Below are positions 1 to 10,248 of a stretch of 64,000 nucleotides of DNA, in pieces (the stretch's first letter is position 1; each line of letters starts with the position of its first letter). Below the pieces are notes generated by a model. It was not told the DNA's origin and did no database searches. It saw only the letters and a program-made list of their open reading frames with translations. The position numbers were made by a program, and so were the translations under genes. The stretch comes from an uncultured delta proteobacterium (GTDB taxonomy: Bacteria > Desulfobacterota > RBG-13-43-22): positions 1 to 64,000 of the forward strand of contig CAWJJC010000025.1 in the NCBI GenBank assembly GCA_963843145.1, read 5' to 3'.

Positions 1-280
1 AATTCTTATTATCCGCCTCCAGCCGAAGGAAGTCAGGCGCCACCGTCGGCCAGCCAAGGGTCGGGCGGCCGGATGTTCATCTACCCCCGCCAGGGGCAGA
101 GTGAAGAACAAAAAGCCAAGGATTTTGACGCTTGCCACAAGTGGGCTATTGGTCAGACAGACTTCGATCCGAAAAAGCCACCCGCTGGCGCTGCCCGATG
201 CGCAGACCATGCAAAAAAGCTCGGATTATTTTCGGGCGATCGGTGCCTGCCTTGATGGCCGGGGATATACTTTAAGATAG
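1..280 (+). pseudogene. 3' part of a two-Cys 'IYP.QGQS.EQ...C..WA' exported/glycine-zipper-associated protein, +1 frameshift near 190
   Basis: Frame open from position 1 (NSYYPPP...MFIYPRQGQSEEQKAKDFDACHKWA). After one extra G at ~190 another frame reads LPDAQTMQKSSDYFRAIGACLDGRGYTLR* (TAG 278-280), a typical C-terminus for this family. May be a sequencing indel. Confidence 0.6.
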
Positions 281-465
281 TAAGAAATGACCCTACCTGG
301 TAGTATAGTTAAAAGAAAGTCCGATATGCCCTGAGTGAGGCTGGGGACCAACTGATGCCTGGTTGAAATTAGGAAGTACCGAGCAGGTAGCCCCAGTCAG
401 CGTTTTTTGACCGTGGCTAACCGCTAAGGAAACGTTCCGACTCTATTACTGAAGGTATTTACCCC

Positions 466-1040
466 ATGCCAAGCCATCCCTGCATCGTCATACCCGGAAT
501 CAAGGGAACGGGCCTTGAAAACATTTACGAGTTTGCCGCCGGTGACCACGTGGTCAACCTGGGAAGCTGGCGTCGTGGTGCCGGATTTTGACAGCCTGGC
601 CCTTGGATCGAACGGCGAAGTGGATGAGGCCGACATCGTGGTGAACCGGGCCTCTCAGCTCCTCGGAATAGCTTACGAATCGCTCGTTCAGTCACTGCGG
701 GGCCGGGGCATGCCCGTGTATGTATTCCCCTACGATTGGCGCTATTCCATGGTCCGCAGCGCGAAAAAGCTGGTGAATTACGTCCTGGCGCTGCAAAGAA
801 AAATATTCGGTCGCTCGCTCCCGCCAATTGGGACAAGGCGTTTGACTTCGCCTGCCACAGCATGGGTGGGCTGGTCTTTCGGCAGTTCGTGGCCGCTTGG
901 AAAAGCGCCATGCCCAACACTCCCCTTCCGGTCAACCGCGTGGTCTTTCTCGCCACGCCTCACCTCGGATCGGTAGCGCGGTTGAGTCGATGATTCGCGG
1001 TGAAACCGTGCTCTTCGGCGGCCAAAAGGAATTCAAAGAC
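466..1040 (+). pseudogene. Fragmented LCAT/PGAP1-like alpha/beta hydrolase
   Basis: Motifs split over three frameshifts: PCIVIPGIKGTGLEN (ATG 466), FPYDWR (ORF 515), CHSMGGL and VVFLATPHLGS (ORF 736), AVESMIRGE (ORF 897). Truncated afterwards. Confidence 0.7.
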
Positions 1041-1136
1041 GGCTATCTGGTCGGGAGGAAGAGCCGCCATCCAAAACCAAGGAAATTGAAAAAGAGAACA
1101 ATGATAACAAGAAAATTAGCCCCGGTAGTTTAGGAG

Positions 1137-2014
1137 TTGGGTGAGGATCGTCATTTGTCTATTTTTAAAATTTTGATTTTGGCAGTAGTTCAAGGTGCGG
1201 CCGAGCTTCTCCCTGTTTCAAGTTCCGCCCATGTAATCGTAGCTGAAAAATTGCTGGGCCTTGATCCCACCAGGCCGGAGATGATCCTGGTTCTGGTAAT
1301 GTTGCATACCGGTACGATGTTTGCCGTAATTTTCTATTTCTGGAATTCATGGAAAATGAACTATTTTTCGTCAAGGAAAGAATTCCGGAATTTTTCTAAA
1401 TTGATCTTGCTAGCCACTGCCTTCACCGGGGCTCTAGGACTTGCTTTGAAATTCTTTATCGAACGTTTTGTTTTTAGTAATGTTCCCCATGCAGAGGTAG
1501 AGCTGCTTTTTGGCAACTTGCCCTAATAGCGGGTAGTCTTGCCGCAGTGGGCTTATTAATTATTTATGCGGGAGTCTATGGAGATCGGTCGACTAAATCG
1601 ACGGTTCTGGGTTTTAAAGAAACATCTTGGATAGGGGCCATCCAAGGCCTCTGCCTTCCTTTTCGGGGCTTTTCCCGTTCCGGGGCCACGATATCCGTAG
1701 GTTTAATGAATGGAATTTCAAAGGTGAAGGCTGAGGAATTCAGCTTCGCACTCGCCGTTGTAATTACCCCTCCGATTATCATCCGTGAGGTTCTTCGATT
1801 ATTGAAGGCCCATCCGGTCTTTTTATCGGATAAGGTCAGCCTAGTAGGTCTCTTTTATCCCAGCCTAATGGGAATGGGTTTTAGTTGTATCTCGGGGCTC
1901 TTAGCTCTCCGATGGCTTTCTCGCTGGCTCGAAAAAGGCAAGTGGCAACTATTCGGTTTTTATTGCCTTGGCGCATCCGGTGTTGTTTTTTTACTTTATA
2001 GGCTTGGAATTTAA
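1137..2014 (+). pseudogene. uppP: Undecaprenyl-diphosphate phosphatase, split by a 1-nt frameshift at ~1523
   Basis: QGAAELLPVSSSAH and PFRGFSRSGATI motifs lie in two ORFs. Adding one C to the CCC run at 1521-1523 restores NLPLIAGSLAAVG. May be a sequencing error. Confidence 0.85.
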
Positions 2015-2054
2015 AACATCCCACCTTACTTCATTTTTGGGTATAACTTTATAG

Positions 2055-3091
2055 ATGAGAAAATACCAATGGTTCGGGTTGGCTCTTTGGTTTTTGGTTT
2101 TCCACAATGCCGCTTTCGGAGCGGAAAGCCTTAATCCCTCCGGATATCATCTAAAGCAAAAGATAGCTATCGGGGGTGAAGGCAGGTGGGATTACTTAAC
2201 GCTGGATAGCCAGACCCGCCGTCTCTATATCTCGCGGTCAAGCCATGTCATGGTGGTTGATACCGATTCCGGAAAGGTTATTGGCGATATTCCCGACACG
2301 GACGGCGTTCACGGCATTGCCCTGGTCCCGGAGTTGAACAAAGGATTTACCAGCAATGGGCAGGAAGCCAAGGTAACTGTTTTTGATCTCCAGACACTTA
2401 AACCATTGCTCAAAATCCCGGTGGGTAAAAATCCGGACGCAATCCTCTATGATCCTGCCTCCCGTCATGTTTTAACCTTTAACGGGGGCAGTCGTGATAT
2501 CACGGTAATTGATCCCAAAAACGATACGGTCGTTGGGGTCGTCGTTCTGGACGGCCGTCCGGAATACGCTGTGGCGGATAATCAGGGCCATATCTATGTC
2601 AACCTGGTAGATAAAGGCCAAGTCGTCGAACTCGATTCCCATAAGCTTATCATCAACGCCCGCTGGTCATTGGCTCCAGGCGATGGACCGACCGGAATCT
2701 CAATGGATCAGACTCACCGGCGGCTCTTTATCGGTTGCGCAAACAAATTGATGGTGGTGGTGAATGCTGACAACGGAAAAGTGACGTCCATCCTCCCAAT
2801 CGGGAGCGGAGTCGATGCCACGGCTTTTGATCCTGAAACCCAATTGATTTTTAGCTCGAATGGGGAAGGCACGTTTACGGTGGTTCATGAAGACTCTCCG
2901 GACAAGTTTAGCGTTCTGGAGAACGTTGTGACTCAAAAAGGGGCCGGACCATGGCGCTGGACCTTAAGACGCATCGGATTTATTTAGCCACTGCGGAATT
3001 TGGAGTCGCCCCGAAACCAACAACGGAGCAACCGCATCCGCGGCCAAGTATTGTGCCAGGCTCTTTTGTGGTCCTTGTCCTGGGTAAGTAA
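2055..3091 (+). CDS. YncE/YVTN-type beta-propeller exported protein (1-nt frameshift near 2945)
   Basis: Signal peptide, GGEGRWDYL, GVHGIALVPEL, beta-propeller repeats. The family-like C-terminus RTMALDLKTHRIYLATAEFG...PGSFVVLVLGK* continues in another frame to TAA 3089-3091. Confidence 0.8.
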
Positions 3092-3278
3092 ATTGTCTCA
3101 ACTTCAATCATAGCGGCAATTGGGCTAACTCCGGTCATAGGCAATTCTAATTGCACCGAGCCGCTACCCGCACCTTTCCAGCGAGTCTCTTCTTCTTGAT
3201 CCCGTCATTTTCTTATTTTAAACTCTTTCCATTCAAAAGCGGGTCAAGTTTTTGAACCTTTTATAAATGGGAGGGATT

Positions 3279-3380
3279 ATGGAACAGGCACCCAAACGAA
3301 AAGAAGAGAATATCATAATTGGGATCGCTATTGCCTTCTTGGTGCTGTCCGTCGTTCTTTATTGTTGGCTCTGGAAATAA
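3279..3380 (+). CDS. Small single-pass membrane protein (33 aa)
   Basis: GGAGGG RBS, then MEQAPKRKEENIIIGIAIAFLVLSVVLYCWLWK*. Confidence 0.45.
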   Translation: MEQAPKRKEENIIIGIAIAFLVLSVVLYCWLWK

Positions 3381-3464
3381 ACCAAAAAGGTCCTTGAAAA
3401 ACATTACTATAGCTATTCCAACCGTGCCCTATTCAGGCATCCTATACCTCCCAGGATATTTGAA

Positions 3465-3951
3465 ATGCATTTTGCTTCGCTTCGTCTAACGATCATTACC
3501 TTGGCGGTTCTCTCCCAGGTGTACCTTTTTGTTCGCATCCGAAAATTCATCACTATTGAATAATGCCCATCAGAAGATTCGGACTGAACAGGGGCTCTTT
3601 GCTGTCGCTGGAATCGATGACCTCCGCGCCGGGCATCCTGATTTGAGGAATGCCTTAAGGGGGCTGGATTCCTCCACCCCGACCCTTCTTTTGTCTCACC
3701 GTCCAGAGATCTTTCCCCAAGCCGCTGCCTATAAGATTCCGTTAACCTTGGCTGGCCATTATCATGGAGGTCAGATCAAGTTAAATTTGTCAGGAGGGGG
3801 CATTAGCTTGGCCCACTTTATGACTCCTTATCCTGAGGGGTTGTATCGAATCAATAATTCCCTACTGTATGTCAACCGTGGAATCGGCACCACCTTCACC
3901 CCGGTACGACTAAATGTACCGCCAGAGATCACTCTGTTTAATCTGACCTAA
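3465..3951 (+). pseudogene. Internally deleted YkuE/YaeI-type metallophosphoesterase
   Basis: C-terminal motifs AGIDD, LLSHRP, LAGHYHGGQ, YVNRGIG and PPEI are present. The N-terminal DxH/GD/GNH motifs are absent. A hydrophobic N-terminal stub starts at ATG 3465 in another frame. Confidence 0.75.
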
Positions 3952-4182
3952 GCTTAATTTATTTTTTGAAGAGATTGAGGAGCAAGAGAATGTTTTTCTT
4001 AGAATCAGGTCCGCCGATTATGCCCAGGGCGAGGAGCCCTATTCCCCGGCGATTATCATCCCTGAACTGCTAGGGTGAGGAAGACGGGGGGTTATGCCGA
4101 ACCAGATTGACCGAGATCGAATACCAAGCTATTCGGACCCATCCCCAAATAGGGAGATAAAAGGTGCCTAAGGACACCAGAC

Positions 4183-4213
4183 AAAAAGAAGAGGTTAGCC
4201 GGAACGGCTAACC
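4183..4213 (-). terminator. Intrinsic terminator after tRNA-Glu
   Basis: Stem GGTTAGCCG/CGGCTAACC followed on the minus strand by TCTTCTTTTT. Confidence 0.7.
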
Positions 4214-4226
4214 CCATGATTTTACT

Positions 4227-4302
4227 TGGTGGTCCCAACGGGGTTCGAACCCGTGTTACCGGCGTGAGAGGCCGGTGTCCTAGGCCACTAGACGATGGGA
4301 CC
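4227..4302 (-). tRNA. tRNA-Glu (anticodon CTC)
   Basis: GGTCCCATCGTCTAGTGGCCTAGGACACCGGCCT-CTC-ACGCCGGTAACACGGGTTCGAACCCCGTTGGGACCACCA; cloverleaf with encoded CCA. Confidence 0.97.
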
Positions 4303-4310
4303 AATAAAAA

Positions 4311-4384
4311 TGGCTGGGGGACAAGGATTCGAACCTTGATAGGCAGATCCAGAGCCTGCAGTCCTACCGTTGAACGATCCCCCA
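4311..4384 (-). tRNA. tRNA-Gln (anticodon CTG)
   Basis: TGGGGGATCGTTCAACGGTAGGACTGCAGGCT-CTG-GATCTGCCTATCAAGGTTCGAATCCTTGTCCCCCAGCCA. Confidence 0.97.
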
Positions 4385-4396
4385 GTTAACCTCATA

Positions 4397-4425
4397 ATAA
4401 TAGGGCTTTTTTGCTAAAAAAGCAA
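4397..4425 (-). promoter_or_regulatory. sigma70-type promoter for the tRNA pair
   Basis: TTGCTT-17 nt-TATTAT directly upstream of tRNA-Gln. Confidence 0.6.
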
Positions 4426-4439
4426 GGATTTTGTCGAGG

Positions 4440-5840
4440 CTAACCTTCCCGAATAATTTGAATCGCCCTGTGGATGCGGCCCAGCGTCCCTTCTTTACCC
4501 AGCGCCTCCATCACCTCAAAGAGCCCCGGACTGGCCTTTTTACCGGTCAGGGCCAGCCGGATCGGCGGGGCGATCTGCTTCATTTTCAGGTCGGTTTGAT
4601 CGACCAGCTTCTGGAAAACCGACTCCAGGGCGGAATGATCCCAGCCCGGCAGGTCCGTCAACCTTTGAACCAGCAATTCCAGGATGGGCAGCATTTCCAG
4701 GGTGAAAAATTTCTGAACCGCCTCCGGCGGATAACTCAATTCCTCCTGAAAATAAAAGTCGGCCGCCTCGGCCATCTCCACCAGGGTTTTGCTGCGGGTC
4801 TTCAGCGTTCCCGCCACCCGGGCCAAATAAGCAAGATCTTCCGCCGGGAAGCCCCGCGCCTCGATATACGGGGCGACCAGGGCGGCCAGTTTCTCATCCG
4901 GAGATTCTTTGAGGTAATGGCTGTTCAGCCAGAGCAGCTTCTCCTGGTTAAAGATCCCGGCCGATTTACCGACCTGCTCCAGGGAAAACTTGGCGATCAT
5001 CTCCTCCCGGGAAAAGATCTCCTCGTCCCCGTGGGCCCAGCCCAGACGAACCAGGGTATTGATCAGGGCCTCCGGCAGTATGCCCATCTCCCGGTAGGCC
5101 AACACCGATACGGCGCCATGCCGTTTGCTGAGTTTGGTCTTGTCCGGGCCCAAGATCATCGGCACGTGGGCATATTGGGGTAACGGTCGCCCCAGGGCCT
5201 GGTAGATCTGAATCTGTTTGGGGGTATTGTTGACGTGATCATCGCCCCGGATGACGTGGGTGATGTCCATGGTCAGGTCGTCCACCACCACGGCCAGGTG
5301 GTAGGTGGGCATGCCGTCTCCCCGGGCCAGAATCAGGTCGTCCAACTCCTCATTCTGGAAAATGACCGGCCCTTTGATCAGGTCATCCAGGCGGGTCACC
5401 CCGGACTGAGGGGCCTTCAATCGGACCGCCGCCCCCGGGGCCGGCCCCAACCCTTTTTCGCGGCAGGTGCCATCGTACTTAGGCTTACGGCCCTCCGCTC
5501 GGGCCTGCCCTCGTTTTTGATCGAGCAGCTCCGGGGTACAGTGACAGTAATAGGCCTGCCCGCCGTCCAGCAGTTCCCTCACATAGCGGCGGTAAAGGTC
5601 CAGCCGTTGGGTTTGAAAAAAGGGGCCCTCATCCCAGTCCAGGCCCAGCCACTGCAACCCCTCCAGAATAACCTGGGTGTTTTCTGCGGTGGACCGGGCC
5701 ACATCCGTATCTTCAATTCGGAGGACAAAAGTCCCTCCCTGCTGTCGGGCAAACAGCCAGTTGAAGAGGGCCGTACGGGCCCCGCCGATATGCAGGTAGC
5801 CGGTGGGGCTGGGTGGAAAACGGGTTCGAATTTTTGCCAT
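4440..5840 (-). CDS. gltX: Glutamate--tRNA ligase
   Basis: RFPPSPTGYLHIGG (HIGH), LRIEDTD, KLSKR (KMSKS); likely start ATG 5840. Confidence 0.97.
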   Translation of the reverse strand: MAKIRTRFPPSPTGYLHIGGARTALFNWLFARQQGGTFVLRIEDTDVARSTAENTQVILEGLQWLGLDWDEGPFFQTQRLDLYRRYVRELLDGGQAYYCHCTPELLDQKRGQARAEGRKPKYDGTCREKGLGPAPGAAVRLKAPQSGVTRLDDLIKGPVIFQNEELDDLILARGDGMPTYHLAVVVDDLTMDITHVIRGDDHVNNTPKQIQIYQALGRPLPQYAHVPMILGPDKTKLSKRHGAVSVLAYREMGILPEALINTLVRLGWAHGDEEIFSREEMIAKFSLEQVGKSAGIFNQEKLLWLNSHYLKESPDEKLAALVAPYIEARGFPAEDLAYLARVAGTLKTRSKTLVEMAEAADFYFQEELSYPPEAVQKFFTLEMLPILELLVQRLTDLPGWDHSALESVFQKLVDQTDLKMKQIAPPIRLALTGKKASPGLFEVMEALGKEGTLGRIHRAIQIIREG

Positions 5841-5995
5841 GGGGTTCTTGTAGCACAACTCTTCGGGAATCTCAAGGGATTCCGGTCCAGTGGCCAGGGA
5901 ACTCGGATTTTAGACTAAAACCCCTATGCCCACGGGCGGGCACCCCGAAGCATGAAAATAATAGGGGCGAGAAAATTTGATAACCTGTTGATATA

Positions 5996-6048
5996 AATAA
6001 TCAATAATCAATTGTTAATTATCAATTGATTATTGACTATTGATTATT
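5996..6048. repeat. AT-rich palindrome built of AATCAAT/ATTGATT heptamers
   Basis: AATAATCAATAATCAATTG ... CAATTGATTATTGACTATTGATTATT between divergent genes. Confidence 0.6.
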
Positions 6049-6092
6049 GGCCAAGTTGCAGGTCAAAGAGGCTTTTTTCGTATCAACCCCTG

Positions 6093-6122
6093 TATTGTGG
6101 CCACCCACCCCAAAGGGCGAAC
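6093..6122 (+). repeat. Dispersed 30-bp repeat shared with 51880-51909
   Basis: TATTGTGGCCACCCACCCCAAAGGGCGAAC vs TATTGCGGCCAACCACCCAAAAGGGCGAAC (27/30 identical). Confidence 0.7.
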
Positions 6123-6268
6123 AACCAAAAAGATTCCTTCCGTGGAAGGGGGTGCCAAAACGCCGGCAAGTTCCGCTTGCCTTCCCGGCCTATTCTGCTA
6201 TCCTTCAAAAATTAACCAAAAATTCTTTAATTCTTGGCTAATTCTTAGAGAAAGGATCCGCAGAGCCA

Positions 6269-6598
6269 ATGAAAATCTTCGAGGTGATCTCCAGGGTCGG
6301 CGAATCGGGCGAAACGATTCTAGGCGCCGAGGATACGGGCAGTCATGCCTGTTACCTGATCTACGGCCGGATGAGAAGCCGGGAAAAAACCCGGCGGCTG
6401 AAACCGGGAAAGGGCCACGAGGAGATGGTCCTGGCGGTTACGGGGGATTTCCGCTTCAGCGGTGAGGCCGAAGGGACCCTGAAACAGGGGCAGGCCGTTC
6501 ACCTCAGCGGGGAAGAAACCCTTTTCCTGGAAAACCTGACCGACCAGCCCGCCGTGTATTTACTGGCCGGAGGACATTCGGATTCCAGCCATCATTAA
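6269..6598 (+). CDS. Cupin-like hypothetical protein
   Basis: GHEEMVLAVTGD...GTLKQGQAVHL beta-barrel pattern. Confidence 0.65.
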   Translation: MKIFEVISRVGESGETILGAEDTGSHACYLIYGRMRSREKTRRLKPGKGHEEMVLAVTGDFRFSGEAEGTLKQGQAVHLSGEETLFLENLTDQPAVYLLAGGHSDSSHH

Positions 6599-6829
6599 GA
6601 GAGACCGAAAAATCCTGTTGCTCCCTTGTTTTTGGAGGTGGAAGGTATTAGATTTTATAAATATCTCGTGGCCCGAGGAGGACAGCCGCAGGGGATGCCC
6701 CGCTGAGAACTTCTTTATTCAAAGAGGAGGGGGGGGCTTTCTCCGCAATCCCGCTAAAGGCCGGCCTCCTTCTATAAAAAGGAAGTGGGGAAGTATTTTT
6801 GAAAAAAAGAAAATTAAAGGAGCAAAAAA

Positions 6830-7450
6830 TTGATTATTGAATCTTTAGTCGTGGGGCCGATCCAGGCCAATTGTTTTATTTTAGGGGATGAGGAAACCCG
6901 GGAGGCGGCGGTCATCGATCCGGGAGACGAGGCCAAACGGATACTCTCCCGGCTCCAAAAAAACAACCTGCAATTGAAAACCATCATTAACACCCACGGG
7001 CACTTTGATCATGTGGGCGGGAACAAGGCCCTGAAAGAAAAAACCGGCGCTCCCATTCTGATCCATGCCGGCGATGCCCCCATGCTGGCCCAGCTTTCCG
7101 CCAGTGCGGCGGTCTGGGGCATGCAGGCCGACGATTCCCCGCCGCCGGACCGCTTGCTTGAAGACGGAGATGAAATAACTTTCGGCGGGATTACCCTGAA
7201 GGTCATTCACACTCCCGGACACTCTCCGGGCGGCATTTCCCTGTTTACCCCGCAGGATCTCTTTGTCGGAGACACGTTGTTCTCCGGCTCCATCGGGCGC
7301 ACCGATTTCCCCGGCGGCGACTACGAGGCTTTGATCCGTTCGGTCCGGGAACGTCTGTTTATCCTGGGTGACGACGTTAAAGTCTATCCCGGCCATGGTC
7401 CCGAGACCACCATCGGCCAGGAAAGGCGATACAACCCCTTTTTCCAATAA
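6830..7450 (+). CDS. MBL-fold metallo-hydrolase (glyoxalase II/YcbL-like)
   Basis: THGHFDHVGG, HTPGHSPG, GDTLF, YPGHG. Confidence 0.93.
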   Translation: MIIESLVVGPIQANCFILGDEETREAAVIDPGDEAKRILSRLQKNNLQLKTIINTHGHFDHVGGNKALKEKTGAPILIHAGDAPMLAQLSASAAVWGMQADDSPPPDRLLEDGDEITFGGITLKVIHTPGHSPGGISLFTPQDLFVGDTLFSGSIGRTDFPGGDYEALIRSVRERLFILGDDVKVYPGHGPETTIGQERRYNPFFQ

Positions 7451-7492
7451 AATTTTATGGCCCGAAAAGGGCGACGGGCCACAAAATTTTAT
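7447..7492. terminator. Hairpin between convergent genes (probable bidirectional terminator)
   Basis: ATAAAATTTTATGGCCCG ... CGGGCCACAAAATTTTAT. Confidence 0.55.
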
Positions 7493-8238
7493 GAAACGGG
7501 GTTGGCGGGGTGTTTTTCCTTTTCCCCGTGGCGGGGTTTATGAAACTGGTCGTCCAGGTAATCAAGGGTGGTCTGCTGATGGCGGATGATTTTTCCCACC
7601 ACCATGAAGACCACCATCTCGGAGATGTGAACGGCGTGGTCGGCAATGCGTTCCAGGTATTTGGCCACCAGCATGATTTTCATGGCCCGGGGAATGGGGA
7701 TGATTTTATCCGTCATCATCTGCATCAACTCTTCGATTAGTTTTTTATAGGTCTGGTCCACGTACTCGTCGTCCGTACAAACCTTGAGGGACTGATCCAC
7801 ATCCTCGGCCACAAAGGCATTCAAGGCCCGGCGGACCAAATCCTCGGTGGCTTCGGCCATGATGGGTAAATGGAAACATACCCCCGTCCGGGGTTCCTGC
7901 CCCAGTTCCAGGGAACGTTTGCTGATGTTCACCGCCAGGTCGCCCATGCGCTCCAGGGTGGTGATGATTTTCATGGCCGTGGAAATGAACCGCAGATCCC
8001 GCCCGGCCGGTTGCCGCAAGGCGATAATCCGCAAGCACATTTCCTCGGCATCCACTTCCAGTTCATTGATCTGATGGTCGGAGTCCAGGATAATCTGGGC
8101 TAAATCATGGTCCCGGGAGGTTACCGAGACGATGGCGTTCTCGATATTGTTGATCACCATCTCCCCCATGCGCAGGATCCGCTGTTTGAGGAGACTCAGT
8201 TCCTCGTCATACTTGGTGTTGATGTGCGCTCGTTCCAT
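7489..8238 (-). CDS. phoU: Phosphate signalling protein PhoU
   Basis: IALRQPAGRDLR, LERMGDLAVNI, YLERIADHAVHISE. Confidence 0.93.
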   Translation of the reverse strand: MERAHINTKYDEELSLLKQRILRMGEMVINNIENAIVSVTSRDHDLAQIILDSDHQINELEVDAEEMCLRIIALRQPAGRDLRFISTAMKIITTLERMGDLAVNISKRSLELGQEPRTGVCFHLPIMAEATEDLVRRALNAFVAEDVDQSLKVCTDDEYVDQTYKKLIEELMQMMTDKIIPIPRAMKIMLVAKYLERIADHAVHISEMVVFMVVGKIIRHQQTTLDYLDDQFHKPRHGEKEKHPANPVS

Positions 8239-8252
8239 AAATGGGTTTTACC

Positions 8253-8732
8253 CTAATAATTTGGATTTTTGTTCACCAGCCGAGCAATATCTCCCAGGAT
8301 GGTCTCCCCGTAGATGACCCCGATGATTTTACCGGCGTCCTCTACCGGGAGGAGATCCACGTCTTCTTCCAGCATAATCCGGATGGCTTCGATGATCTTT
8401 TGATTGGGCCGGATCGAAACGTCGAAACGGGTCATCACATCGTTGACCGACAGCAAGGACTCATCCGCGCAGCGGTCCATCAACTTATCCAGCCAGTTCT
8501 CTTTCTCCCGCAAAGATTGATCATACATAAAATTCAGGTAGCGCAGGATATCGTTCACCGTCAGCACCCCCAGATATTCCCCATTGGACCGCATAACCAC
8601 CAGCCCCGGTCCTCCGGGCTTGGTCCGGTGAAGACCGGTCAGGATAGCGCAGGCCTCTTTGATAGGGGTCTCCGGGGTTACTTTGGTGAAGCGATTATCC
8701 ATCACGTCCCAAATTTGTCTTTCCAGGGGCAT
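8253..8732 (-). CDS. CBS domain pair protein
   Basis: Two CBS repeats (VTPETPIKEA...YLGVLTVNDIL; IRPNQKIIEA...LPVED.GKIIGVI). Confidence 0.85.
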   Translation of the reverse strand: MPLERQIWDVMDNRFTKVTPETPIKEACAILTGLHRTKPGGPGLVVMRSNGEYLGVLTVNDILRYLNFMYDQSLREKENWLDKLMDRCADESLLSVNDVMTRFDVSIRPNQKIIEAIRIMLEEDVDLLPVEDAGKIIGVIYGETILGDIARLVNKNPNY

Positions 8733-8904
8733 CGATTTTTCCTCCTTGATAACCTCGCTAAAAGGTTAAATAAGACCTTTTGCTCGGCGGGCGATTCCGC
8801 TCAAGAGAACCACAAGATATATTTAGAAAAAAACCTTGTCAAGCCTAACCTATTTCCTTAAGGTATAATTTAAAATAAAATCCTTGTCAAGCAAAGGCGC
8901 GGTT

Positions 8905-10236
8905 ATGGACCGAATTATTTTATTGGGGCTGGTTATGGCGGTTGGGCTGCTGATCCTGGGTTTCGGAGGGCGGTCCGAGGCCCTTACCGCGGAAGAAGTC
9001 CTGGAAACAACGCTGCCCAACGGTCTTAAGGTCCTGTTGCTGGAAAACCACAAGGCCCCGGTAGTGACCTCTCAGATCTGGTACAATGTCGGGTCCCGGG
9101 ACGAACCTCTGGGCCAGTCCGGGCTGACCCACCTGGTGGAACACCTCATGTTTCGAGGGACCGAAAAAGTCGGCCCCAAGATGTTCTCCCGGGTCATTCA
9201 AAAAAACGGCGGCCAGGATAACGCCTTCACCAGCCGTGATTATACCGCTTATTTTGAAAATATCGCCTCCGACCGACTGGCCATTGCCCTGGATCTGGAA
9301 TCGGACCGGATGACCGGGTTGAGGGTAGACGAGCAAAAATTCCAGACCGAACGGCTGGTCGTTGAGGAAGAACGCCGGCTGCGGATCAAGGATGACCCCG
9401 TGGCCTCTCTCTATGAAGAGATCGGCGCCGTGGCCTTCAAATCCCACCCCTATCAACGGCCGATCATCGGTTGGATGGAGGACCTGGAGGGCCTGACCCG
9501 TCCGGACTTCCAGGATTTCTACCGCCGCTTCTATCAGCCCGGCAACGCCGTCCTGGTGGTGGTGGGCGATTTTCAAAAAGAAAAGGTGCTGCCCCTCATT
9601 CGCGAAACCTTTGGGAAAATCCCCCCGGGGAAGCCCCTCGTTCGAATCAAGATTCAGGAACCGCCCCAGGAGGCTGAAAAACGGGTTACCTTGCGACGGC
9701 AGGAGGCCCGGCTTCCTTATGTCACGCTGGTCTACCATGTCCCGGCTTATCCCCACCCGGACGCCTTCCCCCTGAAAGTCATGTCCCAGATATTGGCCGG
9801 GGGTAAAAGTTCCCGCCTTTACCGGAAGATGGTCTATGAGGAACAACTCGCGCTGGAAACCGGGGCTGATTTCTCCTTCAATTCCCGGGACCCTCATCTG
9901 TTTTATGTGTCGGCCCAGGCCATGCCCGGGAAATCAGCGGAACAAATCGAACACCGCCTTCACCAGGAAATCACCGACTGGGGGAAAATCCCCCCGACCC
10001 CGGAAGAGATTGAGCGGGCTAAAAACCAGATTGAAGCCTCCTATATTTTTGGTCAGGACTCTATTTTTTATCAAGGGATGCTTTTAGGAAAAAATCAGAC
10101 CCTGGGGAGTTGGAGGGACATCCAAAAATTCCTGCCCGGCATCAGGGCCGTTACCCCGGACGATTTACTTCGAGTCTACCGGACTTATTTTCAACCCGCC
10201 AATCTCACAGTAGGTGTGCTGCTCCCCAGCGGATAA
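8905..10236 (+). CDS. M16 (pitrilysin) family zinc peptidase, active subunit
   Basis: Signal peptide, LPNGL, HLVEHLMFRGT (HxxEH), NAFTSRDYT. Confidence 0.93.
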   Translation: MDRIILLGLVMAVGLLILGFGGRSEALTAEEVLETTLPNGLKVLLLENHKAPVVTSQIWYNVGSRDEPLGQSGLTHLVEHLMFRGTEKVGPKMFSRVIQKNGGQDNAFTSRDYTAYFENIASDRLAIALDLESDRMTGLRVDEQKFQTERLVVEEERRLRIKDDPVASLYEEIGAVAFKSHPYQRPIIGWMEDLEGLTRPDFQDFYRRFYQPGNAVLVVVGDFQKEKVLPLIRETFGKIPPGKPLVRIKIQEPPQEAEKRVTLRRQEARLPYVTLVYHVPAYPHPDAFPLKVMSQILAGGKSSRLYRKMVYEEQLALETGADFSFNSRDPHLFYVSAQAMPGKSAEQIEHRLHQEITDWGKIPPTPEEIERAKNQIEASYIFGQDSIFYQGMLLGKNQTLGSWRDIQKFLPGIRAVTPDDLLRVYRTYFQPANLTVGVLLPSG

Positions 10237-10248
10237 AGGAAAATCGGT

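Noticed and set aside
4092-4304. 70-aa ORF on the minus strand
   Set aside because: It is a translation of the tRNA-Glu gene
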